NCBI GenBank assembly: GCA_001949185.1
Contig: BDGG01000001.1
Span: forward strand, 6,968,325-7,032,324
Origin: Ramazzottius varieornatus
Lineage: Eukaryota; Animalia; Tardigrada
DNA: 64,000 bases
Reading direction: 5' to 3'
A program made the translations under genes and the position numbers. Positions 12,742-24,148 of this stretch are shown piece by piece (position 1 is the first letter of the stretch; each line of letters opens with the position of its first letter). The notes below the pieces were generated by a model. The model had not been told where the DNA came from and searched no databases. It saw only the letters and a program-made list of their open reading frames with translations.

Positions 12742-13579
12742 CACTTGTAATACCGGGCAATTTCATGCTGGCAGAATTCCAGGGGTACAACTGAGTTTTG
12801 CAGCCTTTTAACTGGCTGGAAGCACGATAGAGGCGTGTACAGACCAATCGCGGTTCTCCCCCATGACGTTGCGAATGTTACTCCGCAAAACCAACGTAAT
12901 GTTCCGCCACTTGACCGGGGTACGCCAATGTATTTCGTTCTATTTTTCGCTACACTTCTTTCGATTTCTTCTTGCTGCAATCAAAACAAACAACACTCTG
13001 CTTCGTTAATCTGTGCGCTGCACAAACATGAACGTTACATGAGCCACAAACAATCATCGTTCTTCGCTCAGTCTTTCTGGGACAGGGCAATACGTAAAAT
13101 ACGTAAAACTGCAATGCGTAAAATAGAAATCTGAAAAATTGAAATTTACTTCTTGCCACCTTGGCGGCGTCACCAGTGGTAGTATCATTCGTGACGCCAT
13201 GGGCTGCACCATATGTCGAAACACCACGAGCAACTTGTGATTTTTTGTCTGACCACTGGACAACCGCTAGTTGGACGCTGGAGATATAATGTTGTAAAGA
13301 AGTGATTATGGGTTGTGCTGAATTTTTTCTAGCTGTTGAAACGCTTGGCGCGTGAAGGAGGACCTGAAACATTTGTTGGGAGCAGTTTGCCCTCGAACCT
13401 TGTAAAATATTTCTGATTCCGTACGCAGTGTTTATCCAGCGGCCACCAGCTACATGTCATAGAGAACTTGCCACTACAGGTGAAAAAAAATACTGAACCG
13501 GCAAAGCTGCACAGGAAGTGGTTTGCGGTCAGGTAACCGTGCACTGCGAAACCGAGTTGTACCCCCGGTATTATGAGTG
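12742..13579 (-). mobile_element. Internally deleted piggyBac element with TTAA target-site duplication
   Basis: TTAA|CACTTGTAATACCGGG..GGGGTACAACTGAGTTTTGCAG and CTGCGAAACCGAGTTGTACCCCCGGTATTATGAGTG|TTAA; bipartite TIRs with asymmetric spacers; retains the transposase C-terminus. Confidence 0.88.
12950..13090 (-). pseudogene. piggyBac transposase C-terminal cysteine-rich domain remnant
   Basis: CPRKTERRTMIVCGSCNVHVCAAH..VCFDC has the Cys/His spacing of the piggyBac CRD. Confidence 0.8.
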
Positions 13580-15169
13580 TTAATTATTAAATACGATTTC
13601 CTATTATAATGATTAAAATAACACTGATACGCAGCCGCCACTGATGTGGGTTATTCAGTATTGTTCAGCTAGAAAAATCGGAGGGAATACGCCGTACGTA
13701 CGAATAAATTTTCAGATGCAAGGTGTATTTTGCGACAGTTATCTGTGTCTGTGAAAGGTCTTTGGTCGCTACGACGGGTGTATGATCAGAATACGTGGAC
13801 TGTACTATACCCCTCTTTACGGTACAATTCCAGTGTCTTGGAACGCACTGAGGGTACAGTGCTAGTGTCTTACGGTAATCTGTCTGATACCCGTCCCGGG
13901 CCGTCCGCGATCTAACTAGTACCTACATAATGTAGATCTGATGGCATCTCCATGGACCAAAAAACATTTCTGCATATTTCATGCAGATTTCTGTTAGAGC
14001 CTTGTTTTTTTCCGGTCGGAAACTTGATTATTTGGTTGCTAGGTCCTATAAGTTAACCGCGTTGATTAAATACATTATTCTTGCAGAGTATTTCCACAGT
14101 CTGTTTCGGAACATAGATTTACGGCAGAAAAGACGGTTGTATTTCCTTGTCTTACCCCGTCCTTAGTTATAAGGTCTTTCAGTATGAAATCGTCGTTCTC
14201 TAGGGTCTGACTTCAAAATCTCGTTTCGAAGTCGTAACACCACTTTTGGAGTTCGGCTGACAACGAGCTCCAGTGACGAGATCTTCTCGTCTTTTTCCAA
14301 ATAATATCCACTCGAAACGTTAAAAACGGGGCTTGGGAAGAATCTTGGAACAATAGTGATGCATGTCTGACCAGGAACATTTTACGAATTTTTTGCGCAC
14401 GGTCAGCTGCACCATCGCACCAGGAAAAGGATCACTATGTAGTCGGACCGTTGGGCTATCAGTACCGGAAAAGAAAGCAAGAAAATAATCCTTCGGGATT
14501 TTACAAAAGAAGAATTTTTGAGAAGAAGCTGGTAAATTGCCGAGAACAAGGTGCGCCAGTTTAGTGGGGTATTGACTTTTTCCCATTTCTTCGGTCGTAT
14601 TGTAATGGGTTCAAACAACGACACTTTCGGTAAGTGTGCCTAGGTGTCTTCAATCACTGTGTGAATTTCCGGAAAATGTGCTCTGCCCGGCCGGGTGAAG
14701 AAGAAAATTTCTGTCGAAAAAGATTTTTTAGCTCTGTTTTTCCACCTGGCAGTTTTCCGAATAGGACATGCTTTGTCAAAACTCAAACGGGCAATCAATA
14801 TCCTTCTTGTTGCTGTGCGTTCCCACGTCAAGCGTATAATTTTAGAAGCGCTAGTGGCGACAAAATGGTTTTTCTAAGAAGAACGTCAAAATTTTCAGAA
14901 TTATGCGACAGACACAAACAGCTCCGGCAATTCATCGTGAGGCTGGAGTGGAGCTTCCTTATGCTTAGTCGCGAAAGACGCCACCATACGCTATGCTCAG
15001 TGAAAGAGAGGGGATCGAAATATCGCCTCTGACCAGAACTAGAAGTGTTTGAAATAAGCGTTCGGAAAACGGCAATGTCATACTGAAAGACCTTATAAAT
15101 GAAGTGGACATGATTAGCTCTTCCGATGAGAACGTAAATTCGAACTAGAGGTCACCTCTATGCGGTTTT

Positions 15170-15940
15170 ACCTGGCCGGGCAATTCACACCGCATTATTT
15201 CCGCTGTGAGTGCTGATGGCAGGAGTTATAACTCCATAATCGCGAAGAAGGCGCTGAGAGCTTCCATGGAGCCTCCCACAACTTAGCCGGAAGCGGTCTG
15301 AACTATCTGGAAAGCCTGTTTGAAGGGATCGTGGAATTTCCAATTATCGGTGATGTCCCGCGCCCGGTGTACATAAACCAGAAAGAGAACTATCTTCGCT
15401 TGGCACATCGTCATGCAGGAAAAACAAAACTGAAGCTTGATATATTAACAAGTGGAAGACGGCCTGAAGACTTATCGAACGAGATACTGAAATAGCAGGC
15501 GGAAGGCTTCCACACAGACGAGTACTTTCTCAACGGGCTCATCCAGGTTGTTCCGGCCACAGGCATCTTGATCTGCTTCACCATATATGATCGATCAGAA
15601 GACTTCACTTGATGCAGTTAGAATTTCTCCTAAAAATGAAAACGCTTCCAGGATAAAATGTATCATAAGTCATAACGGCCATCATAAAAAACCCGACCCG
15701 TCAACCGAGCCTATGAGCTCTTATGTACGGTGGCGAGCCAGTTGAAGGGGTTTGGGGCTGAAGGGACGGCACCTTCCTCAACTTCTTCTGTCCTTCGGGC
15801 TCAATGCTGAACACGACATTGAGGAGAAGCGCGCTGTTTTCCAGATATACGTCCAGCGTTCTTGGAAAGACGTCACGACAGCCCGCGATCCCCAGCTGGC
15901 CGTATCCTCCATGATCCATCAGATCGAAGGTGTCATCCAT
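15170..15940 (-). pseudogene. Degraded unknown gene divergent from the ACP gene
   Basis: ATG 15940 ORF plus downstream coding-like segments with splice-like boundaries, stops and an apparent frameshift; no family recognised. Confidence 0.2.
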
Positions 15941-16526
15941 GGCGTAGGGCTCGTTAGCCTTCAGAATTGCAACCGGATAATGCCTCGGTGTTAGAAGGAA
16001 GCTGGGACTCTGAGATCCGGATCCTGCTGGCAGGCTGCCAAAAACCGAACAGGAAAAACTCGAACAGAAAACTGAGATTTGAGAAAAAGAAGGAATGAGA
16101 AACCCGATTAAAAAATAGACAAAACTTTGTAATCTGCGCGCGGAACGAAAACAAAGGACATGTTATAGGGCTCTTGATATGACATAACATCTTGACATCA
16201 GGCGGAGCCACCGGAAACGCGGACGTCGCGGAGCTCGGAGATCTACTGCTACACTGTAGTTGATTGACTGTCAGCTTGAAGTCTTGATTTATGATTCAAC
16301 AGCTGCTGCCGATGATTCTTTTCCAGTCTCTACATTTCAGGTTTTCTCTCCTCCTCGGAAGTCGGAACTCACAATCCAAAATCCGATCTGAGGGCGTACC
16401 TGCTGAAGTCCGGCTACAGCTCAGGTTCGAGATCAACCAGGTGAGACGCGTTAAAATTGGGAAATACGTCGAACGGTTGTTGCGTTTTAGCAGGGCGAAG
16501 GAGCTGTGAGGTATTTTCCGCGAAAG

Positions 16527-17111
16527 ATGTCGTCCACGCGCTTCGCTCTGTCTGCATGTCGTCGTCTCATCCCCTTAGGTCTCCATCTCCAGCCAGCATC
16601 GAGGATTCTCCTGTCTTCTGTACCTCAATCAGCAAGAGCGCATTCGACCGTCAGATGGAGTATTCCAACGACGCAGTTGCTTTCTTTTAATGCTCCCAGT
16701 GTGGTCGTCGTGTCGAAACGCGATATGAGCGCTATTCCACCCTTGACGAAGAAACACATCCGAGAAAGAATCACCCTGGTACTTCAGTTGTTCGACAAGG
16801 TCGATCCAAACAAGCTGACGATGGAGTCGCATTTCCATAACGATTTAGGACTGGACAGTCTGGACCATGTCGAAATTATCATGGCCATTGAAGATGAATT
16901 TTCCTTTGAAATTCCTGACTCGGATGCCCAACGCCTTTTGAGACCTATCGATATCGCACAGTACGTTTGTGACAAGTGGGACATCTTTGAAGAAGACGAA
17001 CATCACGGTGATCATCATGGTCATCATGGAGCGCACGACACACACCCCGAAGAGACGGAAGATCCTTGGGCCAAGCATCCAGCAAAACCTGCTCCTGTGG
17101 GCCATCACTAA
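16527..17111 (+). CDS. NDUFAB1: Mitochondrial acyl carrier protein (complex I subunit) with His-rich C-terminal extension
   Basis: Arg/Ser/Leu-rich transit peptide; ACP core [38 protein letters not shown] with the phosphopantetheine Ser; probable 5'UTR intron starting 16441. Confidence 0.95.
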   Translation: MSSTRFALSACRRLIPLGLHLQPASRILLSSVPQSARAHSTVRWSIPTTQLLSFNAPSVVVVSKRDMSAIPPLTKKHIRERITLVLQLFDKVDPNKLTMESHFHNDLGLDSLDHVEIIMAIEDEFSFEIPDSDAQRLLRPIDIAQYVCDKWDIFEEDEHHGDHHGHHGAHDTHPEETEDPWAKHPAKPAPVGHH

Positions 17112-17705
17112 CTCCTTCGTTTGTCTTATCATTTTATTCGTGATTATTATGGTTACAATATTACCCTCATATGAGCTTCTTAAATACCTTTGATGGTCAT
17201 ATGGTTTATTTTGCTGTAATGCCCCATTCGTGCTTACGCGTCGACGACAGAAGTCAAAGGCGAGAAGTTTGCAATCAAGTAATGCGGTTGCCAACGATTC
17301 GCAAATTTCTGACGCAGGCATGATGTTACAACTTTTTCGCTAAGTTTTGACTTTGAAACTGCCTGCCGTTCATACTCCGATGCGGCAGAAATGGAATGTC
17401 AGGTCAGGTCAGGTCATGTCATATGGTGTGGTGTCATGTCATAGACCGCAACCTGTCGGAAGTGGCCGACTGCCTTTGCTCTTTCAAGATTCCTTTCATG
17501 CATCTCCTCGTTATCCCCGTCATCAGCCATTTCTCGACGAGTCAGTATATACCTTGATGGATTCTATGCAATACCTTAATGGATTCTATCCTGGGTGAGT
17601 ACAGAAGGGGTTGTGTTACAGGAAGATAGAAAACGCGTTAAAGTGAAAATCCGCCAGAAAAACGTTTTCCGCAGGCTGCTCAACTTGATTCCCGTAGGTT
17701 GCGAA

Positions 17706-18379
17706 TAGTGATGTTCTAATATGGGTTAATGAGATCTAATATAATAAAAACAAATATCCGCCGTCCATCAAAGTTCTAATAAGTGACCACTACTATAGTA
17801 AAACGTCTACCTGATTTAATAAAATATTACTATAGTAGAACTTTCGGGGGTTTGTTATTAAAATATATTTTAATATCGGAGAGCTCGACGGAAGATCTAA
17901 AGATTCAGAATCACAACCATCAGATCAGCAAAAATACTGTAGTACAGCCTGCACCCTGCACCTGCACACTGTAACATGGCCGATTGAAGTGTCAGACTGT
18001 ATGCAGGTGCACGATGTTCAAGGGTATTTATTCTGCAGTAGCCCTACTGTACTGCTGTAGAGGCATCATCATGATGTGGCGCACTTTATAAGGCGTGGTC
18101 GCACATTGAGAAGCCAACGCACGCGCATCAGAACTCAGCAAATCAACCAGTTTTTCGAATCAGCGGTAGCGTTAGCCCGTATTAAAAATCTATTTTACTA
18201 TGGATGATGGTCAACTTAATAATAATAAAATATGGCACTTCCGGTTTCAAGCTACTAAAATATAAATATTGAAATGCGGTGCCCAATTCTGTTTACTAAA
18301 TATTACTAAATATAGTAGATGCTCAAAACACCTACTATCATCTACTTTAATATAATATTACTATATTAGAACATCACTA
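17706..18379. mobile_element. Non-autonomous hAT-type element with 8-bp TSD
   Basis: 17-bp TIR TAGTGATGTTCTAATAT / ATATTAGAACATCACTA; identical flanks GTTGCGAA at 17698-17705 and 18380-18387; AT-rich subterminal repeats. Confidence 0.9.
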
Positions 18380-19448
18380 GTTGCGAAATACGGTACTAAA
18401 CGAAAAGTTAAGGCGAAAAACCGAGCGGAAAAAGCTAAGTAATGGACCGTCCGTACTCAAGAACTTTTATTGCAGCCGCAGAACTTTCGCCGCTGGAAGT
18501 GCGAACGATGACGTCACCAAAAAACTGTTTTACTGCTGTCTTCTGTCGCCGACGCTTAAGCACGAATGGGACAGAAGACTGAAAGTGTACGCTGTAAAAT
18601 GTCCGTACTGTATTACCTCTGATAATCTATGTACGTCACAGCTATTTCCCTTGTAATGAAGTTTGCGATAAATCAAGCCGAAATCTCTTCTACGTCATGG
18701 AGTACGTCATTTCAGTTCTTTTTAGAGTAAACACATCAGAAAACCGTCGGAAGTGCTATGGTCCAGTTTGTGATAGAAGCCTTTGACTGAGTAGCTGATT
18801 CACTAGTACTGGTACCGGACATGAGTCGCTACAGCTTTGCGCGATTGATTCACCTTCTTGATTGACTCCAGGGACGTCATAGCCTCTTCGGCAAGTCAGC
18901 TATCGCAAACTCAGCATGTGTGTTTTCGTAGAAAACGTATCAGCGGCGTACATAAATTATCGGAGGTAATACAGTAATGAAATATACAGGCAGTGAAGTG
19001 GTCAAGCAGCTGATCAAATTGGACCTTGAATTATTCTCGCTGTTTGTTTGTCTACCTCCTAGAACCACAATACTGCACCAGCCGCAGTGCCGCCAGGCCC
19101 GCCAGTGCATTTCCAAATTTGCTTACAGTTACAGACTACAGTAACAGTAGTGTACTTCGGACCGCTCATTTGTTTTTAGAAAGATTTTGCACTTTGCAGG
19201 GATTTCCACCTCGAAGGTCGAAACTCGAAAGTTCAGGTCCTGGAATTTAGATTCTTGGAAGCTTTGAAAATTTGTCTCTCTCTGCTACGACTTCCCGGAG
19301 GTCCGTTCTGGCCGGTGTCACTTTTATCGGCATAGTCATACCTCAAGCTTTAGTCATCAAGCGTCCAGCCAAAAGCGTGAAGGTACGGTTTGTTGACTGT
19401 TTCGTGTATCTTTGTCCAAGTGGTCGAGGTACAAGAATAAACCCAAGT

Positions 19449-20230
19449 ATGGACGGGACTCTGGAGTACTATCCCAACCTGGCCGTCACCAGCGCGGTAG
19501 CCAAGGCGCTGGCGGAATTCGACGCCAACAACGCGGACGACTCTCTCACCAGCACGGTATGGAACATGACGCTAGACGACTTTGTGCATGATCGACCTGC
19601 ATACCAGGCTGCCAAAGGTTCATATCGCGAGAAATGCGCCACCAAAGCCAAGCTCAAAAGCCAAGAGAAGATCCCACCGGCTGCGCCGACTGTAACGGTT
19701 TTGCGTGCGGATTCCGATGGAATTCTTCGACCAATCTCAGAATACATCCTGGAAAGCATGGATAACGATTCAGAAGACTCGCTTCCTCTAGCAGAGTGTA
19801 TGGTTGCCTCTCCGGCCAAAGTCACGCTCGGCAGGGCTTTGGATGGAAAACAGCGCTGTACCGTCATGCTGGCAAAAGGTAATGATGGATAGACTTTCAT
19901 TTCTCCAGGGAAAAAAATTCGATCTCCAATTGTAACAGGTAAAGCCTTCCATGTGTTCGTTCACTAGTATCGAAGGTCCTCTGAACGCTGCTGCAGTTTA
20001 CTGTAAGTCAAGGGGGTCTTTCTCTTGCAGATATTGTATCCTCCTCGAAGAATGAAGAGACTCAGCCGGAGAATAACATGACTCCGCTTGATAAATCTCC
20101 TGAGAGCAGGATGGACGAATGGATCCCACCTCATCGGTTTCCCCTCGTACTGAATGAAACCTGGACCCTTATTCATGAGGATATAATGCAGTTTCAGCTG
20201 TGCAGCTCCAGATCCGGAAGTGAGGAATTA
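19449..20230 (+). CDS. Hypothetical lineage-specific gene (partial model)
   Basis: Coding-like exon MDGTLEYYPNLAVTSAVAKALAEFD.. ending at a GT donor (~19879) and a further exon ~20031-20230; no recognisable domain. Confidence 0.3.
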
Positions 20231-20965
20231 TGTATTTTTTTATCAATGATAGTTGTTTATGTGTCGAATGCCCTGTTGATCAGTTGACTTTTTGGCGTTG
20301 TTTTAGTTCCTTTGAGAAACTTCCTTCAAGAATGCACAGTGGAAGTAGCCAAAGAGATAGAACAAGTGCTGAGCTTGGTAAAGTCCGAGAGGACTTTGGC
20401 CGGAGTTACTCTGCTGGATCTCGCATAAAGATCCATGAAACTTCGTCCGACGTGCTCGTACAATATTACGACTCTGTTTATTTTGTGCAGCTACTTCTCG
20501 TGGACCGTGATTGCGGTAGAAGTGGTAGATTTGTTCTCCTTTTATCCTTTCTGACGTCTGTAATATTTTTGTGTCTTCTGCGCCAGTCTCACGAAGGGTT
20601 TTCTCTTCTGGGTCGCAGACTACTGCTTATTACTGAACGTTCTTTCAGATTTTTGTTTCGCAGAGGTTTTCTGGCTAGTACCAGGATAGGCTACTGACGG
20701 CATTTTGCGGTAGCATTCAGAGATAGAACGGAAACTTGCCGTCGGCAAGAACATTTTGTGGACAAAATATTTTCAGAAAAGCTTCCACGCTTGATTGGTT
20801 TGAGTGTTGATTTTAGCATGCACAATGCACTTCCGGTAGGAAAGGATCCCAATAGCTCAGCCTTTCTTTCGCGCTTTTAGTGGCTTATTCAACGATCATC
20901 CGTCCGTCCTCTTGTGGAACCGTCAAGAAGATGCGACTGTAGACCGGGAGAGACGGCTGTCGAGA

Positions 20966-23659
20966 ATGTGGCTTCTAGACACTAGCCATGACATCGTGTC
21001 GTACTACTGCTTCTGGTCGCTATTTTATGGTTTGGGTCCCATGATCTGGTTCTATCCTCTAAACGAGCTGGCTATTACGGGATACGAAGTCTTCGTTGCT
21101 GTATGGCTAATACCGTTGATAACTGCAGTATCGCCTCTTCGAAGATGCGTCCAAAGCACCGTCGGTACTGTCTTGACGGAGGGTGGAATGCTTGCTGGAA
21201 TCGTTTCATTCCAAGCGGTGAGTTTTATAACTGCGTCATGCCATAATAGCGCACCGGAAGTTAGTTTTTCTTTAGTATTCGTATGGTCTGATGACGTCTT
21301 GCGTGTGTTTAACGGTACCGATGCTTTTTCTGATTGTAGCCAACGACGTGGTGGCGTTTGGCCATTCTAGCTGGAGGGAACGCCGCAGCCATGCTGTATC
21401 TCTGCGCCAAACTATTCTCTGGGAGCGAGAGAACACGCACGGGACAAATGTGGCTGCTGATGTCGACGAACTACCTCCTTCTTGCCTCCCGAGTGATCAC
21501 CAAAAGTATCGCGCCAGCTTGGTTGGACCATCGTACCAACATTGCCGTCGCTTCCGTCCTTGCAGGCAGCACGTGTGCCAAAGTGTTTCTCGCCGTTTCT
21601 TCCAGACCAGAAAAAGAGAGAGTTTTAGACGGGAATGCAAGAATCGATTACTCCACCGAGAAAGCCAAAGGTTGGTGTTACAAATATCTCGTAAGGTGAC
21701 ACATGACGTCATACGTCGGTATAACTGGTTGCTGCTTAAAACTACAGCATTGGTTTTGTTTTGTTCTATAGAAACGACGCGACCTCAAGATCCCACTTCC
21801 TACCCGATTCTCCGGCAACTGGGTCACGGCATATCCTTTGGCAGCGTCCTCTACCTTCTTCACTGGGTTTTCGGTGAACTCGGCGTTCTTTCTCGCTGGA
21901 CAGTTTCTGGCGGCCCTCACTCCGGCCCAACTCCCTTCTTTTCCTCTCCCCTCGTACTTTCCGCTCTCCTGATGGGTACTTGTGTACCTGTCTACTTCAA
22001 GAGATTCTCTCGCTCCCTTCTCTGTTGGTTTCTCGGTACTGCAGCGTTCTTCGGGACCTACTACCTCGACGCGTGGCCCGGCTTTGCCTGCGGGCTGTGC
22101 TTAGCAGGTTTCGCTTCTGTACTGTGGACAAACGCCTTGGACCGTGTGCCTTTCGGCCACCCTGCTGTCATACTGGGCTCAGCCATGCTTGTCTACCTCG
22201 TAGAAATATTCTTTCATGTTTGGACTGTCGCTTATAATTTTGTTCCCGGTGGAATTTACACAAGAGAACATTCCGATTACCTAATCGGATTCATGTGCCT
22301 TACTTTCTTGCCTCTGTTTGGCAAAACCAGTAAGAATTCTTTTCAGGTTTTTTCCATTCTTCGAAAAGCATTGGGTGCTTCTCCGAATAGCGTTTCGTTA
22401 TCTTGTTGCCTGTTCTTGCAGGTCGTAATGCGATATTCTCCCGGCCGAAAAGCATCAAGTGGATATTCCAAGCCGCGCTGATAACTGCCATCATCGGAAC
22501 GATACTCCGTGCGCCACTTCAACCCAGATCCGGCAAGTCCCTCGATCCGAGCATTAGAAGTTTCAGCGCGCTGATATGGACCTATCACTTTGGATACGAC
22601 AACAAAGGCTGGCCGAGTTTGCAACGCTCCGCGGACCTGTTGAAGAAAACTGACGCGGATATCATCGCCCTGCTGGAAAGCGACGCTAGTAAGCCTTACC
22701 TCGGCCATAACGACCTAGGCATGTGGTTGAGCGAGAACCTCAACATGTATGTCGACTTCGGACCTGCCACCAAGGTGCTTGAAGCTTATCGTATTCCTTC
22801 TTTTCAGCCCGAACCTAGGCAAACAAACTTGACAAGGTCGTTTTTCCAAGCGGCGCACGCTTCCAGCTGATAACACCGGGAACGTGCGCCATGTGGGAAA
22901 CAGTCTTGTCGAGTTTCCTTTCCGAGCTTTCATGTCGATTGACTAGGAAAAATGATGGCTTCGCCCTTTAGGATCACACCTGGGGTAACTTACTCTTGTC
23001 CAAGTACCCCATCGTAAGTTCCACACACCATCTTCTCCCTAGTCCGCATGGTGAACTAGCACCGGCTATCTCTGCCACGCTGAACATCTCGGGAAACCTG
23101 GTCGATGTTATATCGACGCATATGGGGAACGATCGAGATGTGCTGGACAGAGAAATGCAGGTAGAGAGACGTGTTTTAGCTCTTTCTTGACATCACTTCC
23201 GGTGTCATGGTGTATATTTTCCAGACGAAGTATTTGGCTCGCTTGTCAGCTTACTCAAAGAACCCAGTGGTCTTTCTGGGTTACGTAACATCCGCACCCG
23301 GAAGTCGTGACTACAACTACTTCACGAAGCAGGGAATGCTGCGGGATATCGACCCGACGGACAAGAACCGGTGGTGCGAGTACATCTTTTACAGGAAGCT
23401 GGTGCGCGAAGGGTACGCCAGAATCTCGCACGGCGGACTGTCGGATACGGAGCTACAGATGGCTCGTTTTACCATTCCGAAGAATCTCAGTGACTATAAG
23501 GACAATGACCAGTATGAAACGGACAGTGCTCAAGTTGAACAGTGGAAAAGATTTCCGGTGGACTTTGGCCAGTATACCAAGGGACATTATTACCCTTGGG
23601 AACATAACTATCACATGAGTACACCAAAGTATTTTGTTACGAAGAAATCTCCAAGTTAG
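20966..23659 (+). CDS. CWH43: PGAP2-interacting protein / CWH43 (GPI-anchor lipid remodelling), multi-exon
   Basis: N-terminal [25 protein letters not shown]; multiple TM helices; C-terminal [25 protein letters not shown]|[33 protein letters not shown] motifs. Confidence 0.95.
22825..22916. repeat. Intronic palindromic element (CWH43 intron 22775-22971)
   Basis: AAACTTGACAAGGTCGTTTTTCCAAGCGGCGCAC-25 nt-GTGCGCCATGTGGGAAACAGTCTTGTCGAGTTT. Confidence 0.9.
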
Positions 23660-24148
23660 AGGCAGCTTTGTTCTTTGATCTTGTTGCACGCTTACGGTGA
23701 CCAGCTTCTGTTCTGTCAAGTCGATTTGATTGCGATTTGCGAAGATTTCGGTTTTGTACCTTCAAAGAATGATATCTATCCTGATGCTCGGCTCGTCTCG
23801 TTGTAATTTCGTCTCTCCCTGGTCACAGTACCACTTTTTGGTACTGCCCGAGGTGGGCACCCATCACTTAGATACCTCTCTTGCGAGTCTTCTCGGTGAA
23901 CGGCTTTCGTACCAGCGAAGTGCAGCGAGAATTCGATTTCGCGAAGACTCGACTGAGGTTCTTGACTGATAGATGTACCTGCTTTTCGTTAATCCAGAAG
24001 GCGATCAATGAGAGAAGCTCATTGTTACGCACTTATCCACACTGAGCGACACGAGGAAGTGCAGCTTGGACGTATTTTCTCCGGTCACCCGGAAGTTATT
24101 CTGATACGGTTCCACTGCGTTGTACGGTCGGGGTGAAGGTCTAGCAAG

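Noticed and set aside
14551-18090. Isolated GTGCGCCA / GTGGCGCAC words at ~14551 and ~18077 (also ~54398)
   Set aside because: Single arms with no partner at 24-25 nt and no outer arm; not counted as copies.
21291-22481. 396-aa ORF as a separate gene
   Set aside because: Read-through across CWH43 exons and introns; only the ~21772-22320 part is the true frame.
22775-22971. Palindromic element as an Introner that creates the whole intron
   Set aside because: The element lies inside the intron with unrelated sequence between it and both splice sites; intron ends are not similar between loci.
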